Shown piece after piece: positions 46,488-56,464 of a stretch of DNA of 64,000 nucleotides (positions within the stretch are counted from its first letter, which is position 1; the number at the start of each line of letters is the position of its first letter). A program made the position numbers and the translations under genes. Location: assembly GCA_977017575.1 (NCBI GenBank), contig CDRNVI010000067.1:141662-205661 (forward strand). The letters are read 5' to 3'. The notes below the pieces were generated by a model. That model did no database searches and was not told the origin of the DNA. It worked only from the letters and a program-made list of their open reading frames with translations. The DNA is from Paramoeba atlantica (taxonomy: Eukaryota > Protista > Discosea).

Positions 46488-46960
46488 GAACTCGTGGAAT
46501 GCGGCGTGCTACGTGTGGCACACGACTCTCGATCATCATCACGTGTATATTTACGTTACTTTGAGGTGCCAAAAGGGGAGGGATTGTCAAGAAGTATTGC
46601 GGATGAAACACCACTAAATGAGATGTGCAATCGCCCTCCTTGCTTGAATTTTCCAGCTATCGCTGAAATTATTCATGTAATAGCGAATTTCTCCAACGCA
46701 AACTTTTTATCAGCTGATATGTTACACTGGTTTCACCAGATTGAAATACCATCCGAATCGGGGCGTACATCAGTTAGGAGATCGATATGTAATGAGATCA
46801 CGAAAATGGATGAACAGATAGGGAAACATGGACATTCTTTTCAAATTTTCTGTATTAAATCTAAAGAAAACCCAGTGGACGGGTTGACTCGAGAAGAGCA
46901 TAATTATGACATAAAAGAAGGACTCCTGAGCTCAGCTCTAAGAGCTGGCTATGTAGATGT
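46488..46960 (+). mobile_element. DIRS/Ngaro/VIPER-type RT-RNase H relic with an internal deletion
   Basis: FEVPKGEGLSRSIADETPLN..FPAI..SADMLHWFHQIEI (RT motifs 1-3) runs in frame into IKSKENPVDGLTR (RNase H end). No YxDD is present. Confidence 0.7.
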
Positions 46961-46978
46961 AGACCCTATACAAGAATT

Positions 46979-47663
46979 GCGGTGGTTGTATAACTACCGC
47001 TCTACCCTCGATTATTGAAAAAAGGTGAACAAAAACAGTGAAAATATAAAGAGGAACACAGTAATAATAGAAGTGTATAATAGAAGAAAAAAATATAAGA
47101 GGGCGCTCCGGTGGTACAAAATTGAAAAAAAAAATTGAAAAAAATGGGGGTCCAGGGGGTCTTTTATTTCTAATTTTTTGTTTTCAAAATCGAGCGCAGG
47201 GAAGTGGTAGAGTATGCCGCGGCGATAATTCCCCCCCCCCCCTAGGGGTACCCCCCCCTGGTACGCGCAGGAGGGGTCCGACAAGGTCAAATTTTCCGAT
47301 TTTTTTTTTTGAACCCAAAAAAAAAAGTAAAAATAATAATTTTCCAAATTCGACTCTTAAATCGTATTTGGAGAGTTTGGGACCTCAGCTAGCATTCTAC
47401 GACGTTTGTTTCGACAGATTCGCCTCCAACCCCTATTGGTAAGGCTTCCAAATTCGGCCCAAATTCGGTGTAAAATTTCGCAATTTTTGCCGAAAAATCG
47501 AGCTTTTTCCCCCAAAAAAGTAGATTATTCATGATCTTTCCGAGATTTTTCTTTTTTAGGCTCTTCCTTACAAGCGGAGGTAGTTTTCAACGCGAAGCGC
47601 ACAGCACGAGTGACTTCTAAGTTGAAAACAACCACCGCGTTTAACGAAGATCCTAAATAGAAA
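46979..47663. mobile_element. Non-autonomous element C (short terminal hairpin at one end, 95-bp palindrome at the other)
   Basis: Homologous along its length to 55468..56355. Confidence 0.75.
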
Positions 47664-47949
47664 GCGTGACTGGAGGAAACAAATATACGAATCTAGAGTA
47701 ATTAGTAAAATTTATGAGTGGGTAGCATGAGGAATGGCAAAGAAAGTAAATCCAAAAAAAAGACGTTAACCAAAAGTTTACGCCAACCCTTTGTTCTATT
47801 GCAGTGAAAGTTTTCTACTCCCTTATACAGTAAAATCTCCGTATTTCATCTTCCGAAAACTTTCTACAAATGCACCCTGGTCTCACACCCCAGCCTTCTC
47901 GACGCATAAGTAAAACCGTGCTGCCGGGGAGATCACTCGGTTGTGGGAG

Positions 47950-48115
47950 CGGCCACATTAAGTGGGAAGCGACTGGGCTGCGAAATGAACCCAAAATAAT
48001 TTTTTCGGCAAGCGTAATGCCAGGCAAGCCAAGGCGTGTTTACTACGCCGAGATAATGGGGAGTTACTGTTCCCCTGAACATGATACCATGGACAGGGCA
48101 TATCAACTCCCTCAG
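47950..48115. repeat. Dispersed repeat D (inverted)
   Basis: Reverse complement matches 45825..45935 and 27975..28085. Confidence 0.7.
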
Positions 48116-48719
48116 TTATGACTTTGATTAAAAGTATACGAGTGTGGGAAAAAGTATGGGGAATGGTAAGAATTTGGATAAAAGGTACGAACGCCCTTAC
48201 GTAGGTCCCAGAGGCACAATAACATCGTATTTTGCACCACAAGAAAGCAGAAGCTCTGCATTAGTAGCGAAAAAAACCCCTGTATCACTTAGAACACAAT
48301 TAGATAGGATAACGTAAGACTTTTTAGAAGTCACTCTGTAGACTAAAATATGTGGTAACAGGGGGTAATAGGAGGTAATTACCACCTATTACCGTCCAGG
48401 GTATGTAATAAGGTAGAAGGTGAAAGAGGGACTAAGACTAAGTAACTAAAGTTACTTAAACGTTTATTGATGCGAGAGAAGAGGGGAGGAAGGAGAGAGG
48501 GAAGAAAAGACGGAAGGCGAATGCGAAGAAGGGGGCGAGAGGGGGAGACGAGATGGAGAAGAGGTCGGGGGGCGGGAGATCTACCCTTTCAGCAGGAGAA
48601 AATAGTTTGCACCATACAAGTGAGGAAAATTCGATGAAAAGTGATTTTACTATTGATAATACAAAATGCCTTTCAAGGCATACCTCCTGGCATTTCTGCC
48701 AAAGATCTGCGACGCAACC

Positions 48720-49873
48720 TTTGTGCGGCAACTTTGGGTAACGCCCCGACGGCAGCCCAATTGGGCCGCATGAGGCAGATCCAGAATGTGCACTCCACCA
48801 GGTGGATGAGTGTCCTACCGAACAGGACGGAGTACTACATGAGGGACCCGCAGTGGAAGACTGCGGCCCGTCTCCGGTACCTGGTCGCCCCTACCACGGA
48901 ACCTGAGCTCCAGTGCGTGTGCGGTGCGACCCTCAGCAATGAGGAGTTTTGCGTACACGCACTGGATTGCAAGAAGGTTAAGGGGAAAATACAGGCCTCC
49001 CGCCACAAGGAGGTCAAAGAAGCGTTCCGGAACCTCCTGGTCCACTATCATAGTGGACCCGGGACTATGGGTTCAACCCGGACCTCCACAAGCCGAGGTT
49101 CGACAACGGACGGGGGCCAGACATCTGTTTCCAGCTGGGACGGAAGATCGTCCTAGTTGACGTCACAGTTGTGAACCCACTGGCCCCGTCGTACGTGGAG
49201 AAGGAGGCCGCGGAGCCATCCTACACGCTGAGGATGGCCGAGGCCAACAAAAGGCGCTCTCATGAGGAGATGGCGCTTGTCAGGGGCATGGAATTTCACC
49301 CCCTGGCCTTCTCCACGTACGGGATCCCGGGCCCAGAAACCTTGAACTTCCTCAACAAGGTGGCCCGGGCCCACTTTTCGGACAAAAATGGGTGTATCGC
49401 CCATCTCTTGGTGGCTATCCAAAAAAAAATAATCCAAATCATTCCGGATTGCTCCGGATCACTGGCAAGCCAGACCCTTCATAGACAGATTTGGAAGTTC
49501 CGAGGCCGACGCCCTCTACCAGTTTCCGCTTGTCCAAGGCGGCAACAACATGCTGTTACCAACACGCTGCGTCGACGAATTGTACGTCAACACGGCCCAC
49601 CCAAGCGGTGCAAGCCGGGTAAGGGAGCTGGTTCCCTGAGGGGACGGTCCTCCGAGTACTGGGCCTAGTCGGTTCTCAGCCCAGCCTCTTAGAGTGAGGC
49701 CGCCGGTAATAATGCGATGAGCGGGTTTGAACTCGCCGTCTGAGCACCATGTGCTTCAAACTTTGAATTCTTGCCACTCCGCCACCTCCGCCCTGGTGGC
49801 TATCGGGGTGCCCATCCAGAGAAGGAACGCCAAGATCGTACAGGACTGGTACCGCCGCGGGGTGAGGGGGTAG
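48720..49873 (+). mobile_element. 3' fragment of a CRE/SLACS-clade non-LTR retrotransposon
   Basis: Zn knuckle CVCG..HALDC..RH, then restriction-like endonuclease motifs PD..DVTVVNPLAPSY..AE..K..F.PLAFSTYG and terminal IQRRNA. Interrupted by a 20-bp insertion and a SINE. Confidence 0.9.
49420..49793 (-). mobile_element. tRNA-derived SINE (374 bp) with an exact 11-bp TSD
   Basis: A box TGGCGGAGTGG (49784-49774), B box GTTCAAACC (49732-49724), T9G tail. TSD TGGTGGCTATC at 49409..49419 and 49794..49804. Confidence 0.92.
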
Positions 49874-50196
49874 GTTAGGGCGGGGGGAGGCTTTCGGTGG
49901 GCCTAGGGGGGGTATTCCCCCCAAAAATACAAAATAATTAATCAGGAATACGACTGAGTGAGAAAGATAAAAAAATGTTTTCGAAAAAACAGTACCATGG
50001 TGCGGACAAAATTCCATGTCCGGACCAGTGTCCTGAAATTACTCCCCCAAAAAAGCATAGCCCCCCGTAACAGAGATTTGTCCATTTTAGTCCAAAACCC
50101 TTTCTATTACTGGGATAGTATACAGTAGTACTATTTCCAATTTGTGTAATACATCGTACGCTGCTTGTTGGTAACAGTACCCGTCAATATATTGTA

Positions 50197-50823
50197 GTGA
50201 CATTCATGCGTTGTTTTCACATGATTTCCAGATTTCTTCCACACTGTAAAGACACGCATATTCCCAAGTTCATTAACTTAACTTCACGTGCGAGCAAGGT
50301 GAGAGGAACGCATCTCCCTCCGGAATATGAGCTTGAAAAGTTTCTCAGTGACGTACAAAATCCACATGAGTCATGGAGTACTGCCACACCTGCATGTGAG
50401 TGGGATGGAGTGAAGTGTAACGACGAAGGGGAAGTTATTATCATTGCTTGGTATGGTCGAAAGCTGGTTGGTACAATACATTGGGGTTGCATTCCACGTT
50501 CTGTGACTAATGTAGAGCTCAGCTCTAACCAGTTAAGTGGGAGTGTGTGTTTTGCATCCCTTTCTCGAGACATGGGTAGATTGTTCCTTCACGAGAATAT
50601 GTTCACAGGTGAGCTACACTTTGAAGATCTACCTCCTCGCATGTATCTTCTGAATGTCTCGAAAAACCAGTTTACTGGTTTTGTTGATCTTTCATGCCTA
50701 GAAGAAATGAAAATTTTGGCATTGCAGATAACGGGTAATCCGAATCTTGAGGGATCAATTCCAAAGCGCATGCTGCCTGATGTGTATTACTGGAGATTTC
50801 CTGTGTCCTGGATTCAGAACTAA
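50197..50823 (+). CDS. LRR protein, NPHESWSTATPAC subfamily (likely start ATG 50206 or 50221)
   Basis: Cap plus about 4 LRRs; intact tail. Confidence 0.88.
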   Translation: MTFMRCFHMISRFLPHCKDTHIPKFINLTSRASKVRGTHLPPEYELEKFLSDVQNPHESWSTATPACEWDGVKCNDEGEVIIIAWYGRKLVGTIHWGCIPRSVTNVELSSNQLSGSVCFASLSRDMGRLFLHENMFTGELHFEDLPPRMYLLNVSKNQFTGFVDLSCLEEMKILALQITGNPNLEGSIPKRMLPDVYYWRFPVSWIQN

Positions 50824-50900
50824 ATTTATATGGACCTACAGAGGTGGACATCAAAGTAGGGGGGTGGGTCAAAATTTGCAAAACGTTTTGAAACGAATTA

Positions 50901-51487
50901 CCGTGAAAACATTAATTAAGAATAACATAAATTAAGGTAACTTTTTTTTGGCACATAATTATTACCTTAATTTCTGGTACCTTAATTATTGGTACCTTAA
51001 TTATTGTTCGGAACTCATATTTCCGATGTCGATATCTTTCGAAACTTGAAGAAAATTCAGTTGAAAGTACCTATAACACCTGTAATCAGGTGAGTTAGAA
51101 TATTAGTCCATGCAGAATATAGTCCATACGTAGAATCATCATTCGGAATTAGAACATTAGATAACACACTTTTAAACTCGCGCACCTGTGTATTTAAGTT
51201 AGCAATGTTCAGCCTGGTTTAGCCCAAATACGTGTAAGCTGGTAATAGCATTCACATTGCCCTGGTTAGCTTGCGTTTTAAACATGCCTACCTTGTACGA
51301 TTTTTGAATACACGCTGATAGATTCTAAGTTGAAAATAATCACCGCCTTTCACGAAGCGACTAGAATAGAAATTAATTATTGCAGCAGATTTTCGGAAAA
51401 ATGAGTGGCACATAATTATTACCTTAATTTCTGGCACCTTAATTTCTGGTATCTTAATTTTAATTACCTTAATAAGTATTTTGACGG
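50901..51487. mobile_element. AT-rich MITE
   Basis: TIR CCGTGAAAACATTAATTAAG vs CCGTCAAAATACTTATTAAG (16/20) with ACCTTAATT subterminal arrays. Flanks TA and CA. Confidence 0.6.
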
Positions 51488-51489
51488 CA

Positions 51490-52157
51490 CTGTACCCCCT
51501 ATTTACTATTGAGTGCTCAACCCCCCCTATTTAGTGTTGAATTTTGGGTTCGGTGCGCATAAGCGCCGCTTCGCGGCGCTTTTTTTATTTACAAAAACGT
51601 TTTTTTCTTATCTTTGCTTGTTATTTGTGATTGTTTACCGATTTCTACTGATTTACTTTAATCATACAGGATGATACTTGCAATCATCAAAAAGCAAGAC
51701 TATAAACGTTGGTCTCATTTTTGGTGGGCGGGGTCGTATTCATTCTTATTTTGTTTCTCCTTTATACTTTCCCCCTTTACAAGCTGTCCCCCCACAGGCC
51801 TTTATACAAAATCCCCCACAGCGTTCATAAAGCTGTATCCCCAACCGAGTGAAAAAATACTACAATCATGGCATACTGTTATTTATTGGCTTCCTTTCAT
51901 AGGAGGATAAGTCAGGTGTGTGCCCTCTATGGTTGAGATTGCTCCTGTGTTGGCACAGACCCTTCGAGCACAGCGGACCTAGACTGAAACTAGGGGGACA
52001 TATCTCTTCGGAGACACACGGTCTTGTGATAAAACAAAAAAGGTTTGGAAAAAAAATACGCTTTTTTTGGGGGGGAGGAGATTTCTTACCCCCCCCTATT
52101 TAGTGTTTAATTTTGCCGAATTTCACTCAACACTAAATACATGTAGGAGGGGGACAG
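51490..52157. mobile_element. Tc1/mariner-type MITE abutting the previous one
   Basis: CTGTACCCCCTA ... TAGGAGGGGGACAG|TA with CCCTATTTAGTGTT subterminal repeats. Shares the CA dinucleotide with 50901..51487. Confidence 0.6.
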
Positions 52158-52477
52158 TAATTAAAATAGCGTTTGAAAATAATTAATTAAAAGTGGAGTT
52201 ACGTGTCGTCCAACCATGGATTTCCCGCGGGTATAGAGACTCTCATTTTCCTAAGAAGTTAAAACGGACAACCGCAACTTCAAAAGTAACAACACAATGT
52301 CTAAGATACATGTATCCAGAATGACCCCCATTGTTTTCAACAAAAATCTTGATTCCCTTAGGCTTTTTAAAGCATTTACTCCTTTTAGTTCTCCTTTTAG
52401 TTCCTCAACCCCTGATTATAAATATATAATTATATATTTATAATATAAATAAATAATAATACAAATAAATATATATA

Positions 52478-52664
52478 AACCCTGCTCCTGGTTAATGTGC
52501 CCACCCTGCACAATAACTGGCTCTAGGCACAATAACTAAATATATGAAATCGCGGCGCCATATTTTGGAGGAGGGGGGGGGGCACAATAATAGTGGTCGT
52601 TTTCACTTATTGTGCCCCCCCTGCACAATAAGTAGCTCTAGGCATAATAACCCGGAACAGGGTT
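52478..52664. mobile_element. MITE (187 bp) in an AT-rich tract
   Basis: TA|AACCCTGCTCCTGGTTAATGTGCC ... GGCATAATAACCCGGAACAGGGTT|TA with GCACAATAA repeats. Confidence 0.75.
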
Positions 52665-52808
52665 TATATATTTATTATAATTATATGTTTATATTGTGTC
52701 ACGCAAATCTCCACGAATTTTACTGCACATGGTGTTAAGTTGTTAATTCATACAGTTCACCGGTCTATTTTCTCTTCGACACATGCGTATCTTCGAATCT
52801 AGATCTCT

Positions 52809-53447
52809 TTGTTTTTTCAGATTGATGTCCACTCATCCATTCACATGATTTCCAGATTTCTTCCACACTGCACTTGTAAAGATACGGGCATTTCCAAGTC
52901 TCCCACTTCACGTGCGAGTAAGGTGAGAGGAACATTTCTCCCTGTGGAATATGAACTCGCAAAGTTTATCAGTGATGTTGAAAATCCACATGAGTCGTGG
53001 AGTACTGCCACACCTGCATGTGAGTGGGATGGAGTGAAGTGTAACGATGTAGGCGAAGTTAACAGCATTGTTTGGAATGGTCGAACAATGTGTGGCACGT
53101 TACATTGGGATTGCATTCCACGTTCCGTGACCAACTTGGAATTGAGCGCTAACCAGTTAAGTGGGTGTGTGTGTTTTGCGTCACTTCATCAAGATGTCGA
53201 ACGAATGTTGCTTCAGAATAATAGATTCATTGGTGAGTTGCGTCTTGGAGACCTACCTCCTCGCATGCGTATTTTAAATGTCTCACAAAATCAATTTTCT
53301 GGTTTCGTTGATCTTTCATGCCTGCAACAAACCGGTATTACTGGATTTGACATAACGGGTAATCCGAATCTTGAGGGATCGATTCCGAGGGGGATTGTTC
53401 CAAAGGGGTGTTGGTGGGGTTATCCTTCTTCCTGGGTTCAAAAGTAA
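52809..53447 (+). CDS. LRR protein, NPHESWSTATPAC subfamily (likely start ATG 52846)
   Basis: Close paralog of 50197. Confidence 0.88.
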   Translation: MFFQIDVHSSIHMISRFLPHCTCKDTGISKSPTSRASKVRGTFLPVEYELAKFISDVENPHESWSTATPACEWDGVKCNDVGEVNSIVWNGRTMCGTLHWDCIPRSVTNLELSANQLSGCVCFASLHQDVERMLLQNNRFIGELRLGDLPPRMRILNVSQNQFSGFVDLSCLQQTGITGFDITGNPNLEGSIPRGIVPKGCWWGYPSSWVQK

Positions 53448-53709
53448 GAGGACACATTGACTGCGGTAGCAATATGTCCACCTATTGTAGAGTACCGTGG
53501 AAATGAAAATTAAGGAGATTCCTTAATTTTAGCAAAGTAAATGTTTTCCCAAAATTTACAGTAAAAAATGATGATAGATGATAGAGAAAGGATGATAGAA
53601 AAAGATAAAAGGCGCACAGAGAGAGAAAACGTCTTGAAAGTTTCTGAGTCCTGAAAATGCAAATCTGGTCTATGATTTTGAGTTATGCGTCCGTCTGATT
53701 TTTGCTTAT

Positions 53710-54413
53710 CTTTGCAGCATTGAAGAGATCTCGTTCCCCTAGCGAAGCGCTTTGCCGCCTTTCGTTCACAGAGACCCCGTCTGTGCGACTCGAAAGTGTG
53801 AAGAGATCTCGTTCCCCTAGCGAAGCGCTTTGCCGCCTTTTGTTCACAGAGACCCCCTCTGTGCGACTCGAAAGTTGACAAAAATAGGAAATTTTGGATT
53901 TTTAATCAGATTCAGAAAAAATGACTTCAACAAAAAAAAATGTTTGTCCTAGAAGAAAACCACAACGAATCAATATCCAGAAGGTCCTCCATTGTTTTGC
54001 AGTACGTTTCGAAGCCTATTGGGAACCGAATCAATGGAGTTTAACACTTTCTGTTTCTGTGCGATATTAGGGGGTATTTTTGCCTATTAGCTTTCCACCC
54101 TTCTACATATTCACCACTTGTAGGGTTAGTCGGTCTTCTATTCGTGTTGTTGAGGTTAGAAAAATTCTATTAAGCAGCTATTGATGTTTCTACAGAAATA
54201 TTGCTTGAGCATAAAGAAATTAGAAGACTATTTAAGCTTACACACATTCAAATAAACCACAAAAACATGAAAGTATGGAGAAAAATGGTTGTGTGCACAA
54301 AAAATTCCCCAAAAAAACTGTGATTTTTCGACCCAGGGGGCATCAGGGGGTCTATGAAAAAAGGGCGACAAAGCGCTTCGCTAGGGGAACGAGATCTCTT
54401 CAATGCTGCAAAG
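53710..54413. repeat. Fold-back structure: arms of about 55-70 bp, left arm tandemly duplicated with period 78
   Basis: GCAGCATTGAAGAGATCTCGTTCCCCTAGCGAAGCGCTTTG at 53714, partly repeated at 53799, and inverted at 54361..54413. Related sequence lies inside the 14099 MITE. Confidence 0.8.
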
Positions 54414-54514
54414 TTAAGCGAAAACGGATAAAAATTAAAATTTCCCAGGAGGGGGCAAGATCAACAACCGCCCCTGTGCATACAGTATAAGGCCCTTAAT
54501 ATGCATATAATATA

Positions 54515-54691
54515 CTGTCGCCCCCCGTTTAAGCGCACCTCGTTTTCCGTGAAAAGTGCGCTTAAACGGGGGGTCTGAATTAGTACATAAAAAAAAATTT
54601 GGCGCCGCTTCGCGGCGCCGGTGACTCCACCTCAACTTTATGTGCGCTTAAACGGGGGGGTCTGACCGGGTGCGCTTAAGGGGGGGGGCAG
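54515..54691. mobile_element. Tc1/mariner-type MITE (177 bp)
   Basis: TA|CTGTCGCCCCCCGTTTAAGCGCACC ... GGTGCGCTTAAGGGGGGGGGCAG|TA with GTGCGCTTAA x3. Confidence 0.85.
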
Positions 54692-55467
54692 TACGTAGAA
54701 GGCCCACCGTGCTTTTTTATCCATCTTTGAATGTGCGCCGTAAGAAGGTTCTAACAGAGGCGATGGTGCATAGTAAGCTGGAACGCAGTCGAGCGATTAT
54801 GGCATACCTGTAGATTTACAACGTGGCCTGAAGATCATGCGCATTTCCACTATTGTTTTCTAGCCACCTGTTTAGCTTTGAATTTAGTTTCATGAAGACT
54901 TCCTTTAGCTGATGAGAACCAAGGGCGAATATGTACCAAGAGAGTTGCTCTGGGTGTCATGAATATGGAGAATAGTGTATGAATATGGAGAATAGTTGGC
55001 GCATATTTTCTCGCCATGTATCTACGGTATTCTTCGCCTTTCCACGTACTATATTATATTATTATTAGGCTCTTCGCGATTAATTTCAAGAGCACTCTGG
55101 TTACTCCGTTCTACACAATTTACATGTCACGATTTTGATCAAGATGGTTAAATTATTTATTAAACGCAGCAGTAGTCTACGTAGGTTGTTGCACGTGAAA
55201 CAATGTGATATCTGAAGCTTCAGTACAAAGATTTCTACATTTTTAAAACTACTGGCTTGAAGTTCAAATACGTTAGACCACGACCTTGCCTATTCATTTT
55301 TTGAAGTCTAGATTTTTACCTTTTCTTGATCCTTTGTCTTACTGATAACTGCATACGAGATAAGACACTCCGAGAATATATGGATTAAATAGAAATGTAT
55401 TTTGAATACTCCCTCAGTCCGAACTACTGGCCACTTGACTAAATGTATGATCTTAAATTGTATTATT

Positions 55468-56355
55468 GCGTTGGTTGTAAAAGTACCGCTCTACCCTCGA
55501 TTATTGAAAAAAAGTGAACAAAAACAGTGAAAATATAAAGAGGAACACAGTAATATAATAGAAGAAAAAAATATAAAAGGGGGCTCCGGTGGTCCAAAAC
55601 TGAAAAAAAAATTGAAAAAAATGGGGGGTCCAGGGGGGGGTCCAGGGGGGGGGGGTCATGGTCGAGCAAATTTTTTCGAAAAAATTAGTTTTCGAAAAAA
55701 AACCGCAGAAAGGGTAGCCGGGGTCTTGGCGCGCATTTTCCACCCCCCTACCCGGGGGTGACCCCCCTGCGTATCCGCAGGACGGGTCCGCCGAGTTCGA
55801 ATTTCTTCGGAATTTTTTTTTTGAAAAAAATTTCAACTTGGCGAAAAAAATAGCAAAAAAAGTATTTTTCCAAAATCGTTTCCCCTATTGTATTTTGATA
55901 GTTTGGGACCTATACTAGCTCTCTCCGCAGTTGTTTTCGCAAGCTATCCCTTCTTCGAACCGTGGTGCGCCCCTCAAAATGACCCATTTTTGACTAAAAA
56001 AGGTGAGAAAGTATTTTTCGGATCTAAAGGGGCATTTTTGTGTCGAAAGAATGGTATGGTTGGAGTCACATTCTCTACCCAATACGTTCGGTAGGCTTCC
56101 ATTCATGCCTACGAGTGATTTCCCACGCGCAGATGTCGGATTTAGTGCTCTGAGAGCAAAAATACGCGAAAATCACCACATTTGTACCCGAAATTCGGCT
56201 ATTTTTGGCTATAATCTTTCCGTTTTCTAGGCTAAATTTTCTTTTTTGGGCTCTTCGTTAAACGCGGCGGTAGTTTTCAACGCGAAGCGCGCAGCATAAG
56301 TGACTTCTAAGTTGAAAACAACCACCGCGTTTAACGAAGAGCCTAAAAAAGAAAA
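55468..56355. mobile_element. Non-autonomous element C, longer copy
   Basis: Homologous to 46979..47663; ends in the palindrome 56249..56343. Confidence 0.75.
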
Positions 56356-56464
56356 TCTTACTGGGAGATACAATGTATTGCTTGTGATTCAATGTACTTT
56401 TGTGTGATCCAACTATCTGTTATTGCAGTGCTGATATTTTTTCTTACTTGTTCTTCATCAGAAT

